From Negaprion brevirostris (Eukaryota): a stretch of 64,000 nucleotides of DNA. The DNA is taken from assembly GCA_030324005.1 (NCBI GenBank), contig JARDVH010000133.1, positions 19,431,805-19,495,804 of the forward strand, written 5' to 3'. Numbering within the stretch: the stretch's first letter is position 1; the number at the start of each line of letters is the position of its first letter. Under the pieces are notes generated by a model. It saw only the letters and a program-made list of their open reading frames with translations, made no database searches and had not been told where the DNA came from. The translations under genes and the position numbers were made by a program. Positions 12,290 through 24,347 of this stretch are shown here, in pieces.

Positions 12290-12640
12290 TAAATACAAAT
12301 AGAAGGATGCTGGAATCTGAAACAAAAGCAGAAAATGCAGGAAACGCGCAGCATTTGTGGAGAAACGAGCAGTCAGTGTTTCCAGCCTGGAGGAGAGTCT
12401 TTAATTCTTGTTTCTCTCTCCCCACAGATGCTGCCAGACCAGCTGAGTGTTGCCAGCACTTTCTGTTCTTGTTTCCTTAGCAACTCGTTGCCCCTTTACC
12501 CCCACACTGGAAATCTGCATTTACATGGCACATGGTGGTAGTGGTGTTGTCACTGGATTCGTGATCCAGAGATCAAAAGAGAAAATGTTGGAAAATCTCA
12601 GCAGCTCTGGCAGCATCTGTAGGGAAAGAGCTGACTTTTC
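12290..12640. mobile_element. Cluster of short Penelope-derived 3'-end repeats in mixed orientation
   Basis: Motif ctctccacagatgctgccagacc.gctgagt..tccagca.tttctg on + (12405-12475) and its reverse complement (12293-12385, 12575-12640). Confidence 0.55.
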
Positions 12641-12848
12641 TGAACAAGCTGCCAGAGGCAGTAGTAGAGGCGGGTACAATTTTATCTTTTAAAAAAACAT
12701 TTGGATAGTTACATGGGTATGATGGGTATAGAGAGATATGGGACAAATGTGGGCAATTGGGATTAGCTTAGGGGTTTTAAAAAGAAAGGGTGGCATGAAC
12801 AAGTTGGGCCGAAGGGCCTGTTTCCATGCTGTAAACTCCCATGACTCT
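12640..12848 (+). mobile_element. CR1 LINE 3' tail
   Basis: gaacaagttgggccgaagggcctgtttccatgctgtaaac; near-identical reverse copies at ~26897-27015 and ~30228-30345. Confidence 0.7.
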
Positions 12849-12884
12849 GTGTTTCAAGTCCAGATGACCATTTGTCAAAGCTGA

Positions 12885-13147
12885 TCCAGAGACCCAGGGT
12901 AATACATAGGGAACCCAGGTTCAAATCTGCCACAGTGGGACATGAATTCAATAAAAATATGAAATTGAAAGCTTACAATTATGAATCAATTGTTATAAAA
13001 GCCAATCTGGTTCATTCATGTCCTTTAGGGAATGGAAATCTATCGTCCTTACCTGGTCTGACTTGTTGAGTTAACTCTTAAGTGCTCTCAGGATGGACAA
13101 TAAACGTTGGCCTAGCCAGCGATGCCCACTTCCCATGAACGAATAAA
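12885..13147 (+). mobile_element. tRNA-derived SINE
   Basis: B box ggttcaaatc; body is the reverse complement of the 9705 and 10835 copies. Confidence 0.6.
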
Positions 13148-15109
13148 AATATTGGAGCAAAACTTCACCTTTTGCCACTGAGACAAAGGGTGGCCAAAAG
13201 TTTGTTCAAAGAGGTAGGTTTTGAAGAAAGACTTAGAGGAGTATAAACAGGATGGAGAGATTGTGGGAAAGAATTCCAGAAGTTACAGTTTGAAACACAA
13301 CAGCCAGTGGGAGGCTGATGGAATGAAAAGAGAAAATGCTGGAAAATCTTAGCAGGTCTGGCAGCATCTGTAAGGAGAGAGAAGAGCTGACATTTTGAAT
13401 CCAGATGACCCTTTGTCAAAGCTTTTGGGGTGATGGCAATTGGGGATGGACTGACCAGTATAGGAGGAATGCATCATTACTTTTTTTTAAAGGTTATAAG
13501 GCTAGAGGAATTGAGAGAGATTGGGAATGGTGGGGATTGGGAATTTTAACATTGAGAGACCAGTAACCAGTGTAGGTCAGCAAGCACTGTATGAATGGCA
13601 TTTGATGCAAGTTCAGATGCAGGCAGTAAAGTTTGTGATGAATGCAGGTTTAAGTTGGAAGACTGATCAAGCAGCCACGGTTGGCCCTTTAAGTTACTGC
13701 ACAAAAAAGACCCACACATTTAAATAAATTGCCCTTGCACCACAAAGAAAACTTAACAGGCAATTTATTTAAGTTGATCATTAATTCTATTTTACTCTAT
13801 ATCTATTCTATCCTCTTGACCTGAAGGTAACAGAATCCATCGATTATACTTAAGAGCTGAGGGAGAGCAGAAATGCAGAGTGTTGCAGAGCTGGGATTAT
13901 TCAGCTGTAAACTGTTCCAGATGGCTGCTATCTGTCCAATCTGTGAATTTTTTTATACACGTGTCCTAAAGTAATTTTCCATTTGGGATATACTATTGAC
14001 TTATTAACAGTCTGCACTATGTTGCTTATCTGATAAGCTATGTGACTATAATTGAATTTTATAATGTTTTAAAAATGAATTTTAAATATTTTGTAATGCT
14101 TTAAAAATGACAAAGTGCTTCCTTTTGAATTTGTTATTTACCCTCTGTAGAACAGGAAATTGTCTTGGCATGCCCTCTGCAGTTGGGGAACTGGTAACTA
14201 GTCATTTTTAGGATGATCCACTTACTAGTTAATAAACATGAATCGTGACAGAAAACCTAAATAAGTGCGATGTGAGAAGCATAGTTTTCCTTTGGAGGAT
14301 CTAGTGCCCTTTTAAAATTAAGTAATTGCACTCTCACATTCAACCTGACTGTTGTGATTCAGTCAGATATAATGACCGCTGCAATGGTGGGCGGACATCC
14401 ATATGCTGTCTAGTATCAAGTCAAATTGCTCTTGGAACACCATTCTTTGTTCTATGTGATTGTCTTGGCAGATACCTAAGAAATAGTTCCAACCTTCTTT
14501 GAAAAGTTTAAATACTGCAACATTTATCCAATCAATTTCTAATGCTTGCCAAGCTGCTGTAATTTGTCAGTTTTAAGTGCCTTTGCCTGGTTCTGTGCTG
14601 AACCATCAGATAAAGTTCACAAATTTTGCTTTTTGTTGTTCTGCCACTCTTTGAATACTCATTGGGCAGATAATTTGTTCCCGATTTCTACAATCAGGTA
14701 CTTAAGAGGAAAGGTTATTTGGGCTAGGCTTGTATTCACTGGAGTTTAGAAAAATTAAACATGCCTTGGTTGAAGATTCTGACAGGTCTGACAAGTGGAT
14801 GTAAAAAGAATGTTTCCTGTTACTGGAGAATCTAGAACTAGGAGTAGGCCATTCAGCCCATCAAGCCTGCTCTGCCGTTCGATACAATTGTGATTGATCA
14901 TCCACTTTAATGCCTTTTTCCCCTCACTGTCCCCATATCCCTTTATATCATTGGTATTTAGAAACCTGTTAATCTCTGCTTTACATGTACTCCATGAAGG
15001 AGCTTCCCATCGCCCTCTAAAAATTCTAAATATTCACAACACTCGAGTAAAAAAAAACTCATCTCTGTCCTAAGTATTGAAATTGTGTCCCCTGGTTCTA
15101 GACTCGCCA

Positions 15110-15371
15110 CTTCGTCAGGTGAATGGAGAGTTCTGGCCAGAACTCTCCATTCACCTGACGAAGGGACTAACCCCGAAAGCTTGTGAGTCTNNNNNNNNNN
15201 NNNNNNNNNNNNNNNNNNNNNNNNNNNNNNNNNNNNNNNNNNNNNNNNNNNNNNNNNNNNNNNNNNNNNNNNNNNNNNNNNNNNNNNNNNCAAATAAATC
15301 GGTTGGACTAAAACCTGGTGTTGTTAGACTTTTTACTGTGTTTACGCCAGTCCAACGCCGGCATACCTACA
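15110..15371 (+). mobile_element. Penelope-like 3'/pLTR fragment with 5' inversion and 13-bp TSD
   Basis: TSD tctagactcgcca (15097-15109) / tctagattcgcca (15372-15384); caaataaa..gttggact.aaacctggtgttgt tail shared with the 24309 and 36780 copies. Confidence 0.75.
15151..15186 (+). ncRNA. Minimal type I hammerhead ribozyme motif (Penelope-associated)
   Basis: UCAC-CUGACGA-A-GGG(ACUAA)CCC-C-GAAA-GC-UU-GUGA: intact core boxes, stem I UCAC/GUGA, palindromic AAGCUU stem III. Confidence 0.65.
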
Positions 15372-16889
15372 TCTAGATTCGCCAGCCAGGGAAAACATCT
15401 TACCTGCATCTACTTTCTCTATCCCTTTGTGCGTTTTGTAGAATTTAATAAGACCACTTGTCATTCTTTTAAACTCTAGAGAATTCAGACCCAGTTTCTC
15501 CAAGGTGTCTTCGTAGGACAGTACTGCCATCCTGGGGAACAAGTCTGGTGAATCTTCAATGCACTCCCTCTTTAACATTAATATCCTGCCTAAGGCAAAG
15601 GGACGAAAGCTGTAAGCACAATTCCAGGTGCAGATCCAACCTAGTCAAGGTTCTATACAATTGGAGCATGATTTTGCTACTCCTATTGCAATAAAGACTA
15701 ACGTAATTAGCTTTCCTAATAGCTTGCTACACCAGCATGTTAGTTTTTAGTGAATGACTTATGGACAAGGATACCCAGCTCCCTCTATATATCTACACTT
15801 TTTCTAAACTCTTACCCTTTAAGAAATACTCTGTACATGCATTTCTACTACCAAAGTGGATAACCACAAATCTTTCCACATTATATTCCAGCTGCCATGT
15901 TCTTGCCCACTCAATAAGTCTGTCCAAATCCTCTTTGCCTTTTTGCATTTTCCTTGCAACATGCAGTCCCACCTAGCTTGATGTCATCCATAAACTTGGA
16001 AATATTGTATTTGGTTTCCACATTTAAAACATTGATATATATTGTGCACAGTTGGGGTACCAAATACTGATTGTCGTGGTTTCCCACTAGTTACAGCCTG
16101 CTGATGTGAGAATTACTTGTTTATTCCTACTCCCTGTTTTCAGTCTGTTAGCCAATCCTTAATCCTGGCCAGCATATTGCCTCCTATTCCATGTGCTTTT
16201 ATTTTGCTAACCAGCCTCCTCGGATGGACTTTATGAAAGTCTTCTGAAAATCCAGGTATACTACGTCCCCCGACTTTTCTTTATCAATTCTGTTAATGAC
16301 ATCTTCAAACAAATTTCCAACAGGTTCATCAAGCATGATTTCCCATTCGTTGGTCCGTTGACTATGCCTAATCAGATCATTATTATCCACGATTTATCAA
16401 ATACTTTATAATAGATTCTAGCATTTTCCTTACTGCTGATAAGACTAGTAGGTTGTAGTTCCCTGTTTTCTTTCTCGTCCACTTCTTAAATAGTGGGCTG
16501 ACATTTGCTACCTTCTGAGCTGCAAAAACTGTTCTAGAATCTGTTGCATTTTGGAAGATGATCACCAACGTACTCACTATCTTCATAGCTATGACATTCA
16601 AAACAATGGGATGTAGAATGTCGGGTCCCAGCGCATTATAAACATGCAGTCCCCTTAATTCCTACAATCCAACCTTCTTAATAATAATTTTCTTCAGTTC
16701 CTCATTCTCCCTAATCCCCGGGTCTCTAATTCTGGGAAACTGCTTGTATTTTCTTCAGTGAAGACGAACACAAGTAATCATTTAGCTTTACATATAAAGA
16801 AACATTTTACAGTGGTTTTTATATTTTTTTGCTAGTTTGCATTTATATTCTATTTTCCATTCTTCTATCAGTTTAAGCTGTTTAAAGTT

Positions 16890-17170
16890 TGTTTATTAGT
16901 GTCAAGTAAAATTACAGTAATGCTGCAATGAAGCTACTGTGAAAATCCCCTAGTTGTCACATTCCAGTGCCTACTCGGGTACACTGAGGGAGAATTTAGC
17001 ATGGCCAATGCATGTAACCAACTCGTCTTTTAGACTGTGGGAGGAAACCAGAGCACCTGGAGGAAANNNNNNNNNNNNNNNNNNNNNNNNNNNNNNNNNN
17101 NNNNNNNNNNNNNNNNNNNNNNNNNNCCTGGTGCTATGAGGCAGCAGTGCTAATCACTGTGCCACCATAT
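16890..17170 (-). mobile_element. HE1/V-SINE-like tRNA SINE
   Basis: aatttagcatggccaat..taacc..ctgtgggaggaaaccagagcacc..gaggcagcagtgctaatcactgtgccacc. Confidence 0.8.
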
Positions 17171-17239
17171 CACCCTGTACTGCTCCTTTGTTGCATTCTA
17201 AAATTACTACTATTTGTGGAAACTTGTTAGGCCTTTTGT

Positions 17240-17487
17240 TACGGTAGCACAGTGGTTAGCACTGCTGCCTCACAGTGCCAGGGATTGAGTCACTGTCTTT
17301 GTGGAGTTTGTACGTTCTCCCCATGTGCATGGCTTTCTTTCAGGTGCTCCAGTTATCTCTGACAGTATGAAAAACATGCTGGTTAGGTGCATTGACCTGA
17401 ACAGATGATGGATTATAGTGACTAGAGGAATTTCACAGTAACTTCATTACAGTGTTAATGTAAGCCTTACTTGTGACTAATAAATAA
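17240..17487 (+). mobile_element. HE1/V-SINE-like tRNA SINE, head-to-head with the 16890-17170 copy
   Basis: ggtagcacagtggttagcactgctgcctcacagtgccagg head and gtaacttcattacagtgttaatgtaagcc tail. Confidence 0.8.
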
Positions 17488-17819
17488 ACTCCTTTTAATC
17501 TTGTACAGACCTTAACTTCCTTTGTTAACTGCCATTGACTGACATCGTTTTGGGTTTTTGTGCTTTGAAGGAATGTATACGTGCTGTAAGCTATATGATA
17601 ATTCTTTAAAGACAATCCATTGCCTGTGTATTTTAAACATTTTAATGTATTTTCCCAATCTACCTTAACAAATTTGATCCTCATATATTCATAATTCCCT
17701 TGTTCAAATTTAACACCCTGGCTTCAGATTGAATTACCTCACTTTTCAAACCTTGTGCAAACTTCTTTCATAAAATGGCCACTCATCCCTTAAGGTTCCT
17801 TCACAATAAGGTTATTCCA

Positions 17820-18136
17820 TAGAATCCCTTTATGCAGAGGGAGACCATTCTGTCCACTGACTCTCTGAAAGAGCATCTTATCCAGGCTGACAAATCTGCC
17901 CTAACCCCACACATTTTACCATCACTAATCCACCTAACCTACACATCTTTGAACACTAAGGGGCAATTTAGCATGGCCAGTCCACCTAACCTGCCATCTT
18001 TGGAGTGTGGGAGAAAACCCAAACAGACATGGGAAGAATGTGCAAACACTACACAGTTACATGAGGTCGGAATTGAACCCAGGTCCCTGGCACTGTGGGG
18101 CAACAGTGGTAACCACTCTGTCAATGTGCTGCCACC
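17820..18136 (-). mobile_element. HE1/V-SINE-like tRNA SINE with CR1-type tail
   Basis: gggcaatttagcatggcca.tccacctaacctg core and ggaattgaacccaggtccctggcactgtg head. Confidence 0.75.
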
Positions 18137-18139
18137 CAA

Positions 18140-19110
18140 CAAGATCGATTATTTAAAGGCACAAATAGAGGTTAACGGCTATGATCTAATTGCCAGTATG
18201 GAAATGTAGGGATTCTGTGAATGCTGTGTGCATTCAGATAGGGTGCCCTTAACTTTGTCTTTTTGACATTTCATATTCTAAGCTTAATCAATGTTCATCA
18301 TTATTTCACTTACCACTTTTTTACTTCCTGTTACTCGCTTTACTTTCTTCCAATTTGAGCTATCCCTAAGGTTTTCATTCTCCTGACAAGCCAGTTTAAA
18401 CCCTCCTCAACAGCACTATCAAATCTCCCTGTGAGGATGCTAGTCCAGGTCCTATTGAAGTGTAACTTGTACCAGCTTGTACGGGTAACACCTGCCCCAG
18501 AACTGGTCCCAATGCCTTAGAAATCTAATGCCCTCCCTCCTACACCAAATCTCCAGCCACATATTCAGTCAATCAATAATTCTATTCCTGTGCTCACCAG
18601 CATATGGCATGGGGAGTAATCCTGAGGTTACTGCTCTTGAGATCTCACATTTTCTTTCCTAATTCTCTAAAATCTGCTTTCAGGATCTCATTCCTCTTCT
18701 TAACTCTGTCTTTAGTACCAATGTGGACCGTGACCTCTGGCTGTTCACCCACCCCCAGAATCTACTGCATCTGCTCCGTGACATCCTTGACCCTGGCACC
18801 AGAGAGCCAACACACCATCCCAGATTCATACTTGTCACTCTTTGAAAATAAAAGGTCGCCCATTTAAGACAGAAACAATGAGAATTTTTTTCTCAATGTT
18901 ATGAATGTTTGGAACTCTTCTTCAAAAGGCAGTGGAAGTAGAGTCTTTGGATATTTTTAAGGCAGATGTAGATAGGTTCTTGTTCAGTAAGAGGTGAAAT
19001 GTTATGGGTGGGAATGTAGGGATAAAGTTACAATCAGATCAGCCATGATATTGAATGGCAGAGCAGGATTGAGGGGCTGAGTGACTTCTTCCTGCTCTCA
19101 ATTTATATGT
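18140..19110. mobile_element. Mosaic of CR1 fragments (endonuclease start, ORF1-like piece, 3' tail)
   Basis: KIDYLKAQIEVNGYDLIA resembles the CR1 APE N-terminus; 18850-19110 is a CR1 3'UTR (gatcagccatgat..gaatggcagagcagg..gaggggctga). Confidence 0.6.
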
Positions 19111-19267
19111 TTGTAAAGTACACGTTGCAGTCTGCAGGGTTACAGTTGGCTGAGGATCTGATTGGGCTAATGTGTTACCATTTTATTACAAAATATCCAC
19201 AGATCAGGCTCTGTATAATACACTGCATTTGGCTCCATCTAAGTTATAAACTGATTTTTAATTTCAG

Positions 19268-20349
19268 AAATCCAGTTAGAAGCTAAAGCTGCTCTGCACC
19301 AAGCTCTGGAAATGAAACGTCTGGGGAAGCGAGAGAAGGCATACAGACTATTCATGCATTCCCTCAACATGGACCCCAATTATGTTGATGCTTTGAATGA
19401 ATTGGGTATCTTCATGGAAGAGGAAAAGGATGTTATTCAGGCTGACCACTTATATACAAAAGCTCTGACTATTTCTCCATGTGACGAGAAGGCACTGGTC
19501 AACCGTGACAGGACATTGCCATTGGTGGAAGAAATTGACCAAAAACAATTTAGTATTATTGACCGAAAAGTTAAAAAATTGATGGCGATACCCAAAGGGA
19601 ATGCAGCACTGCATCGTGTAATGCAAGAAAGTTATTACCATCATATTTATCATACTGTGGCTATTGAAGGGAATACACTGACCCTGTCTGAGATTAGGCA
19701 CATCATAGAAACAAGATATGCCGTGCCTGGGAAAAGCCTGGTAGAACAGAATGAAGTTATAGGAGTTGATGCAGCCATGAAATATCTCAACAAGTCTTTA
19801 GTATCCAGAATCGGATCCGTTAATATTGATGATATTTTAGAGATTCACAAAAGAGTTTTAGGATATGTTGACCCTGTAGAAGCTGGAAGATTTCGTACCA
19901 ATCAAGTCTTTGTGGGTCACCACATCCCTCCCCATCCAAGGGATGTAAGAAAACAAATGCAGGAGCTGGTCCAGTGGTTAAATTCTGAAGAAGCCATGAG
20001 TCTACATCCTGTTGAATTTGCTGCTCTTGCACATTATAAACTTGTCTACATCCATCCCTTTGTAGATGGGAATGGAAGGACAGCCCGATTACTTATGAAT
20101 CTTATTCTGATGCAGGCAGGTTACCCACCTGTCACCATTCGCAAGGAGCAGCGAGCTGAGTATTATAGTGCATTAGACTTGGCCAACGAGGGAGATGTAA
20201 GGCCATTTATTCGTTTTATTGGAAAATGTACAGAAATGACACTTGACTTATTGCTGATTGCAACAGCCGATCACCCTGTTGATAAAGGTTTACCTGAAGC
20301 CAATCCCAACCATTCAGACTATACACAAACAATTCTAATTAAAAACTAA
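19268..20349 (+). CDS. FICD: FICD/HYPE protein adenylyltransferase (BiP AMPylase/deAMPylase), main exon: TPR + Fic domain
   Basis: Acceptor atttcag|AA ATC CAG TTA GAA (phase 1), [15 protein letters not shown].., inhibitory helix TVAIEGN, Fic motif [12 protein letters not shown], stop TAA at 20347-20349. Confidence 0.97.
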
Positions 20350-21607
20350 CACACTCTTAATTATTGATTCTGGTTGAGTTAGTGTGAACATTGCCAGTCT
20401 AAACTTTAGTTAAATTCATTTAGAAACTTGCCAAATTCTCCCCCTGACCAGTTGTTCATGTTATGCTTTTGCTTGGCTTGATCAGGAGATCCCGAACTAG
20501 TTGTGCAAGTTTGTTTTTCTGCTTTTGCAATGCTAGTTACTTACCAGCATGGATCTACACATTAAAGCTGCCAGAAAAGCCTTGAACCTAATTTGATGTA
20601 TTGTGGGTTATACTGGTTGTGATTTTAAACTGGTCGTATTCTGTTGCCGTAAATAAGCTGGGACTGCATTTTTTAGTTGTTTTCTGATCCATACTGTTTC
20701 TTCTATCCCCAATTGTAAGTGTTTATTTTACAGTGCCAATCTTTTCCTGCTCTTTATGTTCACAATATTCAAATGAAGCATACAGTGACAGATTGGATTA
20801 CATAATTTCCCCAACAGCAAAGTAAAATGTCATGCACACAATTTGGAGAGAGGGAATCAGCAAGAGGCTGGAATGCTTGAGTTTGGGGAGGAGGGGGGGG
20901 AACAAATAAGAACTGCAAATTCTTGCCACCACTGCCTAGGCAGCAGCTTTGTTTACTTGCATTTGGCTCACGTAGCTCACTCCGAGGAACTCTGGCATCT
21001 TTGTTTTGAGAAAGTGAATTCATGTTTAGTGTCATGAAGTAAATTTTTTTGTTTTTGGTGGCTTGAAATTTTTAGCACAGCTATAGAATTTCACTGGGTT
21101 TATCCAACCAGCCTGGTTCTTGCAAAAATTGCAGCATGCAGTGAAGCTGGGACAGGTGTTCTGATATATCTCTCCATCCTTTGTTTAAGCCAAACAGTAC
21201 TAATTGGAGATTGTAAAGCACAGTTCTAAAATGCCAAAAGATTATTAGTATGCATTGTTGAAATTTATCCAGCACTGAGATTCCTGGAGTGTTAGTTGCA
21301 GGCAATTTTGCTATTTAAGGAACTGAGAGCTCCACATTATTCCTTCAAATAATCAGTTGCTGTGGCTACAGGAGAAACTGTTCTTGTTTCACTGTTTCTA
21401 GTGGTCTTTTAATTAAAATCTTGCACTTGAGAAATCAAAATCAATAGGATTATAATCAAAGGATTAGTGTGAACAGACTTTGTTGGACAATAACCCAGTT
21501 GGCCAGTGAGATGTTTGTGAATTGAAATTGCACTTTGTATAAATAGACCTTATTCTATGTTTTAACTTGTTTAAAAAAATATATATATATAGTATTTAAG
21601 ATGTAAA

Positions 21608-21613
21608 AATAAA
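21608..21613 (+). terminator. FICD: Candidate FICD polyadenylation signal
   Basis: AATAAA about 1.26 kb after the stop, in AT-rich context with a downstream GU-rich tract. Confidence 0.55.
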
Positions 21614-21835
21614 ATATTTTGCCATTAATGATAGCCTTGAGGTTTTTTTGGTAAGCAGGAACTAGGGATTGAGGGTGGGATGCATATGACCAAAATGTTT
21701 CTTTTAACAGATTTTATTTTGACAGTGACTGGCCTGAAATTCTAGTTTCAAGTTTTGCTGCAATGTGGTTTGGGAAATACTTGACAAAGCAAAAGAATTA
21801 GCACAAGAATGACCAATGATTTACTGAGGGTTATT

Positions 21836-22402
21836 GCAGATCAAAGAGCTTATTTGAGTTGAGAAAAATTCTAGCCCTCAGATCATCCGTCGAGCTGACT
21901 AATTGTCAACAGTACCTGAACCTCCCTATGATAGGAGACAAGTTCTGATGAAAGCTCACAGATGTTAAATGTTGTTAACTTTGTTTCTTTCTTCACTGAT
22001 TTTCCTGCTTGCTGAATATTCCAGTATTTTCTGTTTTTATTTCAGATTTCTACAAGCTGTAGTATGCCTTTGTACTTACAGTATGTTTGAAGATTACTGA
22101 ATCCGCCACATTCAACTGATTTGATTTTAATTTTACCCAGTTGTCACTTACAAGCCAAAGCTATCAATTTATTTTTGCATTCTTTCTCTCTCCCACTGCA
22201 TACCCTGCCCAATCTAAATATTTTCTAAAAGGATGTGGACTGACTGATGTTCATACTGGTTGTTCGCTACCCTTTTGGGAAGACAGTGGGGAAACACGGA
22301 AACAGTGATATTGTTTCTTAGGCTATTAACTTCCATTCTAAGTGCAGTCAAAGACAGATCCACCATCTTTCAAGGCGGTCTTGTGGTTTACAGCAAATTA
22401 AT
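21836..22402 (+). repeat. Direct duplication, copy 1 (partner 26113-26666)
   Basis: Colinear from gcagatcaaagagcttattt to gtcttgtggtttacagcaaattaat, with scattered substitutions and small indels. Confidence 0.9.
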
Positions 22403-24085
22403 TTCGAAATTAAAGCAAACTAATTAATTTTTACTTTGGATCAAAACCTGCAGCAATATATTATTACATTCAGAGAGAGAGAAAAACAATGAGTACAAAT
22501 GATATACTTTGTCCTGACTGGATGTGTGAATCACAAAGGGCAACCTGCACTGGCTGGAAGAGAACTTTCAGTTTATTTTAGGAGGGAGGAGTTCCAGTAG
22601 TCCTTCTTCCTCTGAAGCTTCGCTCTGTGGCTCTACCCTAGCTACTGTGACCAGCTGTTGGCTACTCCTGCTGTTGTTGGCCAGCACTGCGCCCATCACG
22701 AAAACCTGGAGTGTGCAAGGAACAATTTTGTTCTTGCCCTGACCCCAACTCCCTTCCACTGGAGCTCAGTCACATTCTCTCACTGCTCTCTCTCTCCTCC
22801 TCACACTGCCTTGCACTTTTTAATTATCAAAACAGCCCCTCCCTTGTTCCATAGTCTCCTAACCTTTCCTTCTGTCTCGCTCCGGAACTCCATTCTGAAA
22901 CTGCTTTCTGCTCGTGGCACTCAAATTTAGGACTCTTGTCCCAGAGGGGGGGAACTTCTGTGGAGTCACCAACTTCCATTTATTTTCCCCCTTCGCAATG
23001 ACTTAATCCACTTTAATATTCCACACAATTTTAATGGATTAAGCTATGCTGTTGAATTTGAGTTTGAGAGTTATGTGTTTAGTTGTTGCTGTGAGGGAGA
23101 TGCAGGAAATACAGTTGGGATTTTCCAGCTGCGTTCACCACAAAACCTGACCGAGGTAAACAGATCTTTGCATTGTTCCGCCCCCGCCCCCCACCCCACT
23201 ACAATTTCAATAGTGGGCGATACTAGAAAATTCCGTTTGTGTGTACGTGCCTAAGTGACTGCATGAAAGACATTGAAAAGAAGCACTGAGTGTGATAATG
23301 TATACGTGAGTGAGGGAGAGAAATTGAGGGTTGGGTGTATGAAGAGGAGTTTGAGTGTGCATGTGGGAGATATTGGAGTGTGTGAGAGATTGAGAATGTG
23401 CACGAAGGCTCAGTTGTCCACAGTCTGGATTGATTTTTTTAAACAGGAGGGCCAAACTCAGAGCCAACTTTGCATTGCTCCAGTAACAATGCAAGATTCA
23501 CGGTTTGATGGCGAAATGGTCTGGTTTGAAATTTTCCCGGAAGTCATAGCGGCTTTCCATTTCATTTGCAAGCGACTAAAGATTATTTCAAATTTATATT
23601 GACTTGTAATGCTATAGTGGACCTTACTGCAAGAATGCATAGAGAACAGCATTCTGTTTTTCCTCAGCTCTCCATTGTATTTCTTGGGGATTAGTGTTTG
23701 CATCACACATGAAAGAACCAGCCAATTATATATGATCGTAATTGCAGGAGTGCTTTGTGCGAATCTGTTGACATTCAGGGCAGGCTGAGTAAGTGAATGG
23801 CTACCTGGCCCTCTGGTGATATATCAGACTGACTCCCATTATGCATCGCTGTCATTATGCAACTGTGCTGAAAAGTCAGGAAATACTGTTAGAAAATATT
23901 TGAAGGATGAATTTAAAACCATCTGCAGACTGCACTTTGTCTGGGATCAGAATTTCAATTTGAACTAGCATTTATTTTCCAACGAAATGACATGTTCAAT
24001 CAATATTGTTTTGTTTTTAAAAATCTTAAAAACCTTCAAGGCTTGCACTGAATTCTCCTTTAATATTCTAGAGTAATTTGTTCAC

Positions 24086-24347
24086 AGTAAAAAGTCTCAC
24101 AACACCAGGTTAAAGTCCAACAGGAATTCTGTTCACAAACAGATAATGTGAATAGAGAAAGCGTTAAACACAGGTTGTGTGCTTAACCCTCCCTCCACTG
24201 ATATCGACTGTACCTTAACGACTTGGTTACCTGTAAAGACTCGCATTCCAACCATTATTTTGTAAATTGAGTTTGTGTCTTTATATGTCCTGTTTGCTAT
24301 CAAATAAACCTGTTGGACTTTAACCTGGTGTTGTGAGATTTCTTACT
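24086..24347 (+). mobile_element. Penelope-like pLTR fragment with 39-bp inverted ends
   Basis: 24086-24124 is the reverse complement of 24309-24347 with 2 mismatches; internal ctgtaaagactcgcattc is shared with 36668. Confidence 0.7.

Larger units (their letters stand above)
14843..16740 (-). mobile_element. Degenerate CR1 LINE ORF2 (RT) fragment interrupted by a Penelope insertion
   Basis: Minus-strand frames give KVANVSPLFKK..RKKTGNY, DVVYLDFQKTF and SYEDTLEKLGLNSLEFKR, with frameshifts. Confidence 0.85.

Noticed and set aside
11591-12425. Antisense ORFs over the FICD first exon
   Set aside because: By-product of GC-rich, stop-poor sequence plus a gap; no recognisable protein.
19312-20349. 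Fic domain as a bacterial toxin-antitoxin or horizontally acquired gene
   Set aside because: It is the ordinary intron-containing metazoan FICD in its conserved position next to SART3.
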